DNA of 64,000 bases from Kiritimatiellia bacterium (lineage in GTDB: Bacteria > Verrucomicrobiota > Kiritimatiellia > RFP12 > UBA1067): the NCBI GenBank assembly GCA_050949565.1, contig JBMNFY010000017.1, forward strand, positions 1,024,001 through 1,088,000, written 5' to 3'. This document shows, piece by piece, positions 49,324 through 58,933 of this stretch. Made by a program: the position numbers and the translations under genes. The number at the start of each line of letters is the position of its first letter. Positions within the stretch are counted from its first letter, which is position 1. Below the pieces are notes generated by a model. The model did not search any database. It was not told the DNA's origin and was given only the letters and a program-made list of their open reading frames with translations.

Positions 49324-50961
49324 ATGGCGAACACGACGAAACAGCCGATTCACACCGACATCCTCTGCGTAGGGGCTGGCGTTGCCTCGCTGGCGACAGC
49401 GCTGGCGTTGCTGCGCACGCTCAAGGCGCAGGCGAAAGGGTCTTTGCCGCGTGTGACGATCATTGAGAAGGGCCGCAATGTGGGCAGCCACGTGCTGTCC
49501 GGCGCGGTGATTGACATGAGTGGGTTCGAAGGGCTGCTGACCAAGGAAGAGGCCGACAAGATACCGGTCGAGGCGCGCGTTACCACTGAAGCGTTCCACA
49601 TGCTGTTCAACGCGACGAGCGCGATGAAGATCCCGTGGGTCCCGCCGATGATGCAGGCGCACGGCTATCCGGTCGGCTCGTTGACCAAGCTCACGCAGTA
49701 TCTGGCGCAGCTCTGCGAACAAGAGGGCGCAGAGGTTTACGCCGGTTTCGCTGCGACCGAGCTGATCGAGGACAATAAAGGCCGTGTGATCGGTGTCAAG
49801 ATCGGCGACAAGGGCCTGGATCGCGAAGGCAAGCCGAAGAGCAACTACACGCCGGGCGAGGAAGTCTACGCCAAGGTCGTGGTGTTGGGCGAGGGCGCTT
49901 GCGGCATCCTGACCGACAAACTGATCGCGCGTAAGGGCTTGCAGGGGCGGCGCGGCCAGTCCTACGCCGTGGGCATCAAAGAGGTGATCGAGATTCCGGC
50001 CAACGAGGCGCGGAGCGGCGAGATCGCCCACACGTTTGGTTACCCGGCCGACTGGAGCACCTACGGCGGCGGATTCATTTATCATATGTCGCCCACGCAG
50101 GTGTTAGTCTGCTACGCCTACGCGCTGGACTATGCTCATCCCGAGGTCGACCTACACATGCTCTTCCGCAAGTTCAAGGCGCATCCGGTGGTGGCCGAGC
50201 ATATCAAAGGCGGCAAGGCCGTGGCCTACGGCGCCAAAGTAATCCCCGAGGGCGGTGTCTACTCAGTACCACAGGTGGTCGCCGACGGCGCGTTGATCGT
50301 GGGTGACGGCGCGGGTCTGGTGGATACGTTGCGCATTAAGGGTATTCACATCGCGGCGCAGTCCGGTCGCGCGGCGGCAGAAACGCTGGCCGAGTGCTGG
50401 AACAAGAATGACTTTTCGTTCGAGGCGCTCAAACCCTACGGCGAACGGCTCAAGCAGACCCAAGGCTGGAAGCAGCTCGAACGCGTCAAGAACGTGCGCG
50501 CGCCTTTCTCGACCAACCTGTTGCTTGGCGTGATGAGCGCGGGCTTTGCTTGGGCGACCTTCGGCAAGTTCCCCTTCTGGATGGTGCCGATGGCCCCCGA
50601 CCACGAGGAAACGCTACCGCTCAAGGGCGGACGCATGCCGGAGCCCGAGAGCATGGAGACCAGCCCACTCTCGCCTGACCGTCTGACCGACGTCTTCATG
50701 TCCGGTACGATCCACGACGAGGATCAACCGTGCCACCTGAAGATTCTGGACCGCGCGAAGTGCGAGGAGTGCATCAAGGTCTACGGCGCGCCCTGCCAGC
50801 GCTTCTGTCCGGCTGAGGTGTACCGTTTAGAGGATGGCCACATCCATGTGGACTTCTCCAACTGCCTGCACTGCAAGACCTGTCAGATCAAGGATCCGTA
50901 CCAGAACATCGAGTGGACCTTCCCGCAAGCCGGCGACGGTCCGCGCTACACGCGCATGTGA
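49324..50961 (+). CDS. ETF-(ubi/mena)quinone oxidoreductase
   Basis: GSHVLSGA, IPEGG, KGIH, HDEDQPCHL and RFCPAEVY...NCLHCKTCQIKDP motifs. Confidence 0.9.
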   Translation: MANTTKQPIHTDILCVGAGVASLATALALLRTLKAQAKGSLPRVTIIEKGRNVGSHVLSGAVIDMSGFEGLLTKEEADKIPVEARVTTEAFHMLFNATSAMKIPWVPPMMQAHGYPVGSLTKLTQYLAQLCEQEGAEVYAGFAATELIEDNKGRVIGVKIGDKGLDREGKPKSNYTPGEEVYAKVVVLGEGACGILTDKLIARKGLQGRRGQSYAVGIKEVIEIPANEARSGEIAHTFGYPADWSTYGGGFIYHMSPTQVLVCYAYALDYAHPEVDLHMLFRKFKAHPVVAEHIKGGKAVAYGAKVIPEGGVYSVPQVVADGALIVGDGAGLVDTLRIKGIHIAAQSGRAAAETLAECWNKNDFSFEALKPYGERLKQTQGWKQLERVKNVRAPFSTNLLLGVMSAGFAWATFGKFPFWMVPMAPDHEETLPLKGGRMPEPESMETSPLSPDRLTDVFMSGTIHDEDQPCHLKILDRAKCEECIKVYGAPCQRFCPAEVYRLEDGHIHVDFSNCLHCKTCQIKDPYQNIEWTFPQAGDGPRYTRM

Positions 50962-51201
50962 CCCGGCGCCGCACAACAGCGCGGCGCGCGGAGTTGACAT
51001 TTAGGATTTGGGATTTAGGAGGTTTTGGCAGTGTCGCCAGTCGCCTGTCGGCTTTCCCCTTGTTGCAACCACGCAGTGGTTCGCAACGGTAAGTGTAAAG
51101 GCCTTGGCATTGCTCACCACTCGCCCCGCGCTGTGCGCGGATTCAGCTTTCATGAAGTTTCATGTGTTTCATGGTTTCACTTCAGCGTTGAGCGTTCTAC
51201 C

Positions 51202-52098
51202 TCAAAACACGCGCTGTAGCGCCATGCGGAATCCCGGTGCAGGGGTGCCGTGCATGGCCACGGTGTTGTCCAGCTGGTCGGCATACGTCTGCGGACGCAG
51301 TGTTACGCGGCCGGTCAGGATCCATTCGCGGCCCAAGAGGCGGTTAACACCTTGTCCCAGATGGTCGATCGGATCAAGCAGGAACAACGAAATGCCGCCG
51401 ATGGTCTTTGATCCCAAGACCCGGCTGTCATTCTCTTCGATTCTTTGCTCGCACCGGTACGCCCATTCACCGTAGATCCACCCGCCCAAGGGTGTGACAA
51501 ACAGGTCCTGTATTGAGGGACGCTCGGCAAAGGCCTCGATGCCGTACTCCCAGAAGAACGTGGACATCAACGTGGTGTAGACAAACGAATCCCACTGGTT
51601 GTACCCAGATTTGCGCGCCATCATGTAGTAAACGCCGCCGCAATAGGTGTGCCCGACGTAGTTGATGGCCCAGTCATCTTTGTCCCATACCGGGCTCCGA
51701 GAGACGTTCTTCCACCAGCGGCTGGGCAGATCCTCGATGCCGTCGTCGCGGTCCCAGTTGGTAACGCTTTCAGGCATGCAGTAAAGCACGCCGGCGGCTG
51801 CAACGCCCGCACCGAGCAGCAGCGTGGTCTGTGAGCGCAAACGCCGGCCATCGGCATTTTCCGAGGTGATGAACCACGGTGACGACTTGGCTGCGTCATC
51901 CATCTGTGCCGCGTCCTGATTAAGGTTCAGCGGCTCGGCTGCAGTTTCGACGTTCTCGGCCTGCTTGGCTGTCGCGGCGTTCGCGGAAATTTCAGCGGCT
52001 TCCTCTTGCTGTGCCAGCACGACCTGCATGGCGGGCACGGCAAGAAACAGAGCACCAAGAAGGGTTAAAAGCAGATTGATCGCTTGTCTGTTTTTCAT
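51202..52098 (-). CDS. DUF3943 exported/outer-membrane protein
   Basis: WDKDDWAINYVGHTY.G..YY..AR and WEYGIEAFAERPSIQDL motifs. Confidence 0.85.
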   Translation of the reverse strand: MKNRQAINLLLTLLGALFLAVPAMQVVLAQQEEAAEISANAATAKQAENVETAAEPLNLNQDAAQMDDAAKSSPWFITSENADGRRLRSQTTLLLGAGVAAAGVLYCMPESVTNWDRDDGIEDLPSRWWKNVSRSPVWDKDDWAINYVGHTYCGGVYYMMARKSGYNQWDSFVYTTLMSTFFWEYGIEAFAERPSIQDLFVTPLGGWIYGEWAYRCEQRIEENDSRVLGSKTIGGISLFLLDPIDHLGQGVNRLLGREWILTGRVTLRPQTYADQLDNTVAMHGTPAPGFRMALQRVF

Positions 52099-52379
52099 AG
52101 CGCATAACCTGTTTTGTCGTTTACAGAATAACTACGCTCACGGGGTGTTACCCGCACCGACGGATGCAAGATAGCAATTCCGTGTGGCTATGTCAAAAAA
52201 GGCGTCCACACGATGCGCGGAAGGCGGAGTTAATATTCAGGAATTGGCCTGAATGTCACGCGTTCGACTCGCATGAGCCTTGTCACCGAACGATTACGCG
52301 GCTATACTATCCGCCACACCTTAGAGAAGAGAGAAGGGCGGAGGTTCGCCTGCTCGCGGGTGAAACGGGAGTCTCTTTT

Positions 52380-53810
52380 ATGGCAAACACGGTCTCGCGC
52401 ACGAAACACACAAACTCGGCACTGCTGTATATCGTGATTGTTTCGGCTTTGGGTGGATTTTTGTTCGGCTTCGATTCCGGCGTGATCTCCGGTTGTGAGA
52501 AGGCGATCCAGAATGAATTCCAGCTTTCGGGCTTCTGGCATGGCTTCACGGTTTCCGGTGCGTTGATCGGAACGATCTTCGGCGCGTTCGGCGTGGGGTG
52601 GCCTTCTGACCGCTTCGGCCGTCGTCCAACGTTGATGCTGATGGCTGTCCTGTTCCTGATCTCGGCGGCGGGTTGTGCATTTTCCAGTTCACAGCCGATG
52701 CTGGCCTGGATGCGTTTCATCGGCGGCCTGGCCATTGGCGGCTCGTCGGTCGTGGTGCCGCTTTACATCGTGGAAGTCTCGCCGGGACCGGTGCGCGGGC
52801 GCTTGGTGGCCATGAACCAACTCAACATCGTCTTCGGCATCCTGATCTCGTACGTGTCGAACTACTTCGTCGCCAAATTCATGCTGTCGGGAAGCTGGCT
52901 GGGCAGGGCATGTGAAAGTCTGGCCAAGGTTTTCACCTCGAACCCCATGACGACCGAAGAGGTGATGTGGCGCGTGATGCTGGGCGTGGAGTGCATCCCG
53001 GCGATTCTCTTCCTGGTTCTGCTCTTTACCATTCCGGAGTCGCCGCGCTGGCTGGTGCGCGCGGGCCGCAAGCGTGAAGCGGGCGAAGTGCTTGAACTGG
53101 TGGGCGACCCCGATCCGGGGCAGACGCTTGTGGAGATCGAAGAGACGTTGGCGGAGACGGAGCGCATCGGGAACGTGCCGCTCTTCCAGCGGCGTTACTT
53201 GAAGCCGATTGTGCTGGCCTTCTTCATCGCCTTCTTCAATCAGGTCTCCGGCATCAACGCCATCAACTACTACGCGCCGCGCATCTTCGAAAACTTTGTC
53301 GGTGCCCAGGCCGCGCTGGCTGCGACCATCGGCGTCGGCACGGTCAATCTGATCTTCACGATGCTGGCTTTTCTGATCATTGACAAGTTCGGGCGACGCG
53401 TCATGATTATCGGCGGGTCGATCGCTATGACGCTGATGCACCTTCTGGTGGCATGGCAACTCTCGCTCGGCGATCAGGCCAACGCCGTGCTCGCCATCGG
53501 CGGGATTCTGGGGTTCATTGCCTTCTTCGCCATCTCGTCCGGTGCGGTGATCTGGGTCTTCATCTCAGAAATCTTCCCGAACGCCGTGCGCGCCAAGGGG
53601 CAGGCATTCGGTTGCTTTGTCCATTGGTTCATGTGTATGCTCATCTCGTGGGCCTTCCCGGCGGTGGTCGAGCGCGCCGGCACCTACGTCTTCGGCTTTT
53701 TCGCCGTGATGATGGTCTGCCAGATCATATTCGCCATCCGCTGGATGCCGGAGACCAAGGGCGGCACGATCGAGGACATCGAAAAGCGACTGGGCATTGC
53801 TCAGAGTTAG
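52380..53810 (+). CDS. Sugar porter family MFS transporter (XylE/AraE-like)
   Basis: GGFLFGFDSGVISG, DRFGRR, PESPRWL, SEIFPNAVR and PETKG motifs. Confidence 0.92.
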   Translation: MANTVSRTKHTNSALLYIVIVSALGGFLFGFDSGVISGCEKAIQNEFQLSGFWHGFTVSGALIGTIFGAFGVGWPSDRFGRRPTLMLMAVLFLISAAGCAFSSSQPMLAWMRFIGGLAIGGSSVVVPLYIVEVSPGPVRGRLVAMNQLNIVFGILISYVSNYFVAKFMLSGSWLGRACESLAKVFTSNPMTTEEVMWRVMLGVECIPAILFLVLLFTIPESPRWLVRAGRKREAGEVLELVGDPDPGQTLVEIEETLAETERIGNVPLFQRRYLKPIVLAFFIAFFNQVSGINAINYYAPRIFENFVGAQAALAATIGVGTVNLIFTMLAFLIIDKFGRRVMIIGGSIAMTLMHLLVAWQLSLGDQANAVLAIGGILGFIAFFAISSGAVIWVFISEIFPNAVRAKGQAFGCFVHWFMCMLISWAFPAVVERAGTYVFGFFAVMMVCQIIFAIRWMPETKGGTIEDIEKRLGIAQS

Positions 53811-53906
53811 GATTTAGGAGTTAGGAGTTGGAATGGCTCTCACAGAGGCACAGAGGTTTTTGGAATTTGGACACGATTGACGTGATTGACAATCAGGAGG
53901 TAAGCT

Positions 53907-56030
53907 ATGACACCGCGCATACAAGCTTTGTTGGAACACATCCTTGAAAAGCGACACGCCGCGCTGCGCCGCGATGTGACGTGGACGCTGGCTGAACGCT
54001 TCTGCCAAGAGGGTGTCGCCCCGGAGCGCCGCGCGGCCGAAGGGCTGCGCGCCATGCTGGCGGCGGAACAACCGGCGTTCCTTCCCGGTGAGCGTATCGC
54101 CTTTATCCGCACTGTCAAGCAGATCCCGGATCTCTACACACCGGCCGAGATGGAAGCACTGCGCAGCGAGGCCTTCTATGCCGAAAAGGGCTACGTCTTC
54201 AACATCTCGCCGGATTACGCGACGACGATCCGCGAGGGTCTGGACGCGCGGCGCGCGGAAATCACGGCGCGTCTGCAGCGGGCCAAGGATGAGGGCGATG
54301 ACGCGGGCGTGGCGTTTCTGGAGGCTGCCCTTTCGGGTGTTGATGCCGTGCTTGATCTGGCGGAGCGTTACCGCGCCGCCGCGCAGGAGCAGGGACTTAC
54401 CGAAATCGCGGAACTCCTTGCGCACGTGCCGCGGCAGGGTGCGACCACCCTGCACGAGGCGCTGCAATTTTTGCGCATCCTGCACTACACGCTCTGGTGC
54501 GAAGGCGAGTACCACAACGGCTTCGGGCGCTTCGACCAATACATGTGGCCGTACTATCAGGCCGACATCGCCGCTGGACGCCTGACCGCCGACACGGCGC
54601 TGGAACTGATCGAGGAGTTTTTCCTGAGTTGCAATCGCGACAGCGATCTCTACGTCGGTGTGCAGCAAGGCGACAACGGCCAAAGCATGATGCTGGGCGG
54701 CATGGACCGCGACGGTAAGGATGCGTTCAACGATCTCTCACGCCTTTGCCTGAAGGCGTCGTGTGAGTTGGCTGTGATCGATCCCAAGATCAACCTGCGC
54801 GTGACCTCCAACACCCCGATGGAGGTGTTGGAGGCCGGCACCGAGTTGACGCGCCAAGGACTGGGTTTCCCGCAATACGCCAACGACGACGTGGTGATCC
54901 CTGGGTTGGTGCGTCACGGCTATGCGCTCGAAGACGCGCTCAACTATACGGTGGCGGCCTGCTGGGAGTTCATCATTCCGGGTTGTGGCATGGACATCCC
55001 GAACATCGGCGCTGTCTCCTTCCCAGCCGCGGTGGACCGCGTACTGCGCACCAGCCAGGCCGCGACCTTCGAGGCGTTTATGGCGGACGTGCGCGCCGAC
55101 CTCATGGCCGAGGCGGATCGCCTGGCCGCGACCTTCGCGACGGTCAAAATCCTGCCCGGTCCCTTTGTCTCAATTATGTGCGACGGACGTGTCGAGGCTG
55201 CGCGCGATGTGTGCGAGGGCAACCGCTACAACAATTTCGGCATCCACGGTACCGGGCTTTCGACCGCCGTCGATTCGCTGGCCGTGATCCGTCAACTCGT
55301 GTTCGAGGAGCGTGCGCTGGATCTGCGTGCGTTGGCGGCCGCAGTCGACAGCGATTTCGCGGAACAGCCCGAATTGCTGGCCAAAGTCCGTTTTGGCGTG
55401 CCCAAGATGGGCAACGCTGAGATGGCCGTTGACCTGCTCGCCAAAGAGGTGCTTGATGCATTCGCCGATTCGTGGAAGGGGCGCAAGAACGGGCGCGGCG
55501 GTATCTACCGTTGCGGCACCGGATCGGCGATGTATTACATCTGGCACGCCGACGAGTTGCCCGCCTCGCCGGATGGGCGATTGGCCGGTCAGCCCTTCGC
55601 TGCCAACTACGCGCCGTCGCTGAACGTGCCGGTCAAAGGACCGCTATCGATTATCGAGTCCTTTACGGTGCCGGACTTGGGGCGCGTAATCAACGGCGGG
55701 CCGCTGACCATCGAGATCCACGACAGCGCCTTCAAGGAGCGCGACGGGATCACCAAGGTCGCGCAACTGGTGAAGTACTTCATTGATCGCGGCGGCCACC
55801 AGTTGCAGATCAACGCGACCAATCGCGATCGGCTCAAGGACGCGCAGGCACATCCCGAGGCGCACCGCAATCTGATCGTCCGCGTGTGGGGCTGGAGTGG
55901 CTATTTCGTCGAACTGGACAAGCCATATCAGGATCACATCATCCAGCGTGTTGAACTGACGGTCGGTGGCGGCAACGCCCCCAGTGTGCAGAAAAAGCCG
56001 ACGGGCGCGACGCGGATGCCGCAACCCTGA
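53907..56030 (+). CDS. Glycyl radical enzyme (PFL-like, uncharacterised subtype)
   Basis: GRFDQY, Cys loop TVAACWE, Gly-radical motif VRVWGWSGYF. Confidence 0.88.
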   Translation: MTPRIQALLEHILEKRHAALRRDVTWTLAERFCQEGVAPERRAAEGLRAMLAAEQPAFLPGERIAFIRTVKQIPDLYTPAEMEALRSEAFYAEKGYVFNISPDYATTIREGLDARRAEITARLQRAKDEGDDAGVAFLEAALSGVDAVLDLAERYRAAAQEQGLTEIAELLAHVPRQGATTLHEALQFLRILHYTLWCEGEYHNGFGRFDQYMWPYYQADIAAGRLTADTALELIEEFFLSCNRDSDLYVGVQQGDNGQSMMLGGMDRDGKDAFNDLSRLCLKASCELAVIDPKINLRVTSNTPMEVLEAGTELTRQGLGFPQYANDDVVIPGLVRHGYALEDALNYTVAACWEFIIPGCGMDIPNIGAVSFPAAVDRVLRTSQAATFEAFMADVRADLMAEADRLAATFATVKILPGPFVSIMCDGRVEAARDVCEGNRYNNFGIHGTGLSTAVDSLAVIRQLVFEERALDLRALAAAVDSDFAEQPELLAKVRFGVPKMGNAEMAVDLLAKEVLDAFADSWKGRKNGRGGIYRCGTGSAMYYIWHADELPASPDGRLAGQPFAANYAPSLNVPVKGPLSIIESFTVPDLGRVINGGPLTIEIHDSAFKERDGITKVAQLVKYFIDRGGHQLQINATNRDRLKDAQAHPEAHRNLIVRVWGWSGYFVELDKPYQDHIIQRVELTVGGGNAPSVQKKPTGATRMPQP

Positions 56031-56050
56031 AGGAGCCGGGGGACGGCGTA

Positions 56051-58000
56051 ATGACCACATGTTCGACACTTCGCCTGACGTTCGCGGTTTTCGGGCTTGT
56101 GGTCTGCGCCGGTCCGGTCTGCGGCGGACAGATTGCGGGCGTGGTCGTGGACGCCGGTGGCGTACCGCTCTCGCGCGCCTGGGTCATGACCTGCAATGGG
56201 CAGATTGTCCAGTCTGGAACGGACGGTGCTTTTACGATCGACGGTCTGGCGGACGGCGGCTATGCGGTCAAAGCGGTTTTCCCGGGCATGGCGGATGCGG
56301 TTTCCGCGCGGCTTGCGGTCACCTCGGATGTGCCGGTCACCTGCCGCCTGCAAATGACGCCGTCCGAAACGGCGGTCGTCTTTGGCTGTGTCACGGATGC
56401 GGTAACGGGTAAAGGTCTCGCGGCTTGGTTTGAAGCCCGAAGCGACTCAAAACCCATACGGTGGTTCGACGTGGCGGGCCGGCTTTATGGCGGGCGAACC
56501 GATCTACCGTCCGGGGTCTGGCATCAGGCTAATCGTCGTTTCTGGACCTCCGGCATGTTTGCTTTCTCGGCTGATCCGGGTCGGTTGCGCTTGACGGTTC
56601 GGGCGGACGGTTATGCACCGGTCACCGTTGAACGGGACTTGCGGGCGGGAGGTCAGGAATCACTCGCTATCGCCCTGAAGCCGTTGTTCGATCCTGCGGC
56701 AGCGGGATGGTACAAAGGCGATTTCCATGCGCATGGTGTTCATGGCGAGCGGTTCTACGATGTGAACATTCCCATGATCGCCTTCATGCTCCGCGCCGAG
56801 CATTACCGCTGGTTCTATCTCTCTTCCGACTTCAACAACGATGGCGTCCGCGTCGACGCCGCGTCGGCGGCTGCGGGTGCGAGCGGCTCCGATCTTCTGC
56901 TCTTTCTGAACGCGGAGTATCCGAAGACGGCTGGCGGCCATGTCGGCTCGGTCGGGATCGGGCCGCCAGCGAAACCGCGTCCCTATCCGCGTTACGCGAA
57001 CATCGAGGTGATCAAGGCTGACATCGTAGATCAAGGCGGTGCGGCTGTCCCGGTTCATCCGCTCTACGGGCACATGCGCTCCAGAGAGTTGCCGTTCATG
57101 CTTCTCGGTGCGCCGGAGTTGATCTGCGGGTTCGATTTTTACACGTCGTGGAATCCGGCGAGCGAAAAGACCTGGGCGCTTTTTCTCAACAAGGGCTACC
57201 GCCTCTGCCGGACGGCCACCAGCGACGCCGCCTTTGATCTGGGACGGACACCGGGAACGATGGGTGCCACCTTCATCCGTCCGGCCGACGGTCGGCTGAG
57301 TCGCGAGAGTGTCGTCGAGGCGTTTAAAAGCGGCCGGACGACGATCTCTTGGGACGGGGTGTTGCTGCTGTTCACAGTCGACGGCGCGGACTGTGGCACG
57401 GTTTTCCCCATAGAAGAAGCGGTGCGGAAGGCCGTCGTCACGCTTCACGATACGCCCGGCAAAAAACGGCTCGTGACGGTCACGCGAAATGGCGAAGTGT
57501 TCAAACGCATCCCGGTGACGGTGCCCGAGAGCGGCGTGACGGAGGTGCGCTTCGATCTCAGCGAGCGCGAGAAGACGTGGTACTCGGCCACATGCTCGGA
57601 AGACGGAAGGCTTGAGAAGGTCGTTGCGGCTTCGAGCCCCTTTTACTTCGGAGATTGGCGCACGCCCGTTCCCGTGCGTGCGCAGGTTACGGTAAAGGTG
57701 TTCGACGCCGAGACGCGGACGCCGCTTGATGCCGAAGTCTGCCTGTGCGACACGCAACAGACCGATGGGGTGTTCCGCACACAGGAAGGCGCTGCGCGTA
57801 TTGAGGCGCGGGTTTTTCACCGGCTCCGTGCGCGGCTTGCCGGTTACGAAGATGCGGAATCAGGAGTTCTCGGAGCACCGGCGATCCGCACTTTCATCGA
57901 CGCGCTCTCTGCGGAGGATCTTCAGTCATGGGAGACCTATGAGCAGGCGAAAGCGTTGCTGCAAACGGTCGAGTTGTCCCTGTTTTTAAAGCGGAAGTAG
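56051..58000 (+). CDS. Secreted CehA/McbA-type PHP metallohydrolase with carboxypeptidase-regulatory-like Ig domains
   Basis: GWYKGDFHAHG, VHP and ATSDA motifs; GxVxDAxG repeats. Confidence 0.7.
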   Translation: MTTCSTLRLTFAVFGLVVCAGPVCGGQIAGVVVDAGGVPLSRAWVMTCNGQIVQSGTDGAFTIDGLADGGYAVKAVFPGMADAVSARLAVTSDVPVTCRLQMTPSETAVVFGCVTDAVTGKGLAAWFEARSDSKPIRWFDVAGRLYGGRTDLPSGVWHQANRRFWTSGMFAFSADPGRLRLTVRADGYAPVTVERDLRAGGQESLAIALKPLFDPAAAGWYKGDFHAHGVHGERFYDVNIPMIAFMLRAEHYRWFYLSSDFNNDGVRVDAASAAAGASGSDLLLFLNAEYPKTAGGHVGSVGIGPPAKPRPYPRYANIEVIKADIVDQGGAAVPVHPLYGHMRSRELPFMLLGAPELICGFDFYTSWNPASEKTWALFLNKGYRLCRTATSDAAFDLGRTPGTMGATFIRPADGRLSRESVVEAFKSGRTTISWDGVLLLFTVDGADCGTVFPIEEAVRKAVVTLHDTPGKKRLVTVTRNGEVFKRIPVTVPESGVTEVRFDLSEREKTWYSATCSEDGRLEKVVAASSPFYFGDWRTPVPVRAQVTVKVFDAETRTPLDAEVCLCDTQQTDGVFRTQEGAARIEARVFHRLRARLAGYEDAESGVLGAPAIRTFIDALSAEDLQSWETYEQAKALLQTVELSLFLKRK

Positions 58001-58006
58001 GAGATC

Positions 58007-58933
58007 ATGTCGGTCGAAGGTGTCATTTTCGAAGTGCGCGAGTTCTGCCTGCACGACGGGCCGGGCATACGGACCACGGTCTTTTTCAAGGGATGCCCGC
58101 TGCACTGCGTCTGGTGCCAGAACCCCGAGGGGCTATCGCCCAAGCCGCAACTGCTGGTCAACACCGCACGTTGCGAGCAATGCGGCGCGTGTCGGCGTGT
58201 CTGCCCCTCGCCCGATGCTTGCACCGCTTGCGGTGCGTGCGTGGCGGTCTGTCCGCAGGGGTGCCGCCGGTTGTGCGGTCGCCGCGTTACCGCCGAGGAG
58301 CTGGCGACGGAGTTGAACACCAAGGCGGCCTTCTTTCAGGCGTATGGCGGCGGCATCACCTTCTCGGGCGGCGAGCCGTTGGCCCAGCCCGATTTCATGG
58401 TCGAGTTGGCCGGTCGACTGCGCCCCGTGCATCTGGCGGTCGAGACCTCCGGGTATGCCGCGCCCGATGATTACCGCCGGGCGGTGGAGGCGGTGGACCT
58501 GGTGCTCCAGGACCTCAAGCATCCCGACCCCGCGCAGCACGCCCGTTTCACGGGAGTGAATCCGCAACCGATCTTCGAGAATCTGGCATGGCTCAAAGCG
58601 AGCGGACGGCCGTTCGTCGCGCGCATTCCGCTGATTCCGGGCGTCAACGATGCACCGCAGCAACTTGCGCGCTTCGCCGAGTTGCTGCAGGGGCCGTCCG
58701 GTCTGGAACGCGTGGAGCTGTTGCCGTATCATCTGACCGCCGGTGCGAAGTACGCGCTGGTCGGCAAGACTTACGCGCCGCCGTTCGACGAGACGGTCAC
58801 GCCTGTGCCGGACCTGTCGGTGTTTGCGGCGCGTGGCCTTCCCTGTCGGGTGATGCAGCACGGTGTGCCGCACACTGCGGCTGAGACAGACGGAACATGT
58901 GAAAACGAAAACGGAAAAGGACAAGAAACATGA
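58007..58933 (+). CDS. Glycyl-radical enzyme activating radical-SAM protein with ferredoxin insert
   Basis: HDGPGIRTTVFFKGCPLHCVWCQNPE, CxxCxxCxxxCP twice, SGGEPL. Confidence 0.92.
   Translation: MSVEGVIFEVREFCLHDGPGIRTTVFFKGCPLHCVWCQNPEGLSPKPQLLVNTARCEQCGACRRVCPSPDACTACGACVAVCPQGCRRLCGRRVTAEELATELNTKAAFFQAYGGGITFSGGEPLAQPDFMVELAGRLRPVHLAVETSGYAAPDDYRRAVEAVDLVLQDLKHPDPAQHARFTGVNPQPIFENLAWLKASGRPFVARIPLIPGVNDAPQQLARFAELLQGPSGLERVELLPYHLTAGAKYALVGKTYAPPFDETVTPVPDLSVFAARGLPCRVMQHGVPHTAAETDGTCENENGKGQET

Noticed and set aside
53907-56030. Calling the GRE pflB
   Set aside because: Lacks the adjacent Cys-Cys active site of pyruvate formate-lyase, and its activase has a ferredoxin insert unlike PflA.
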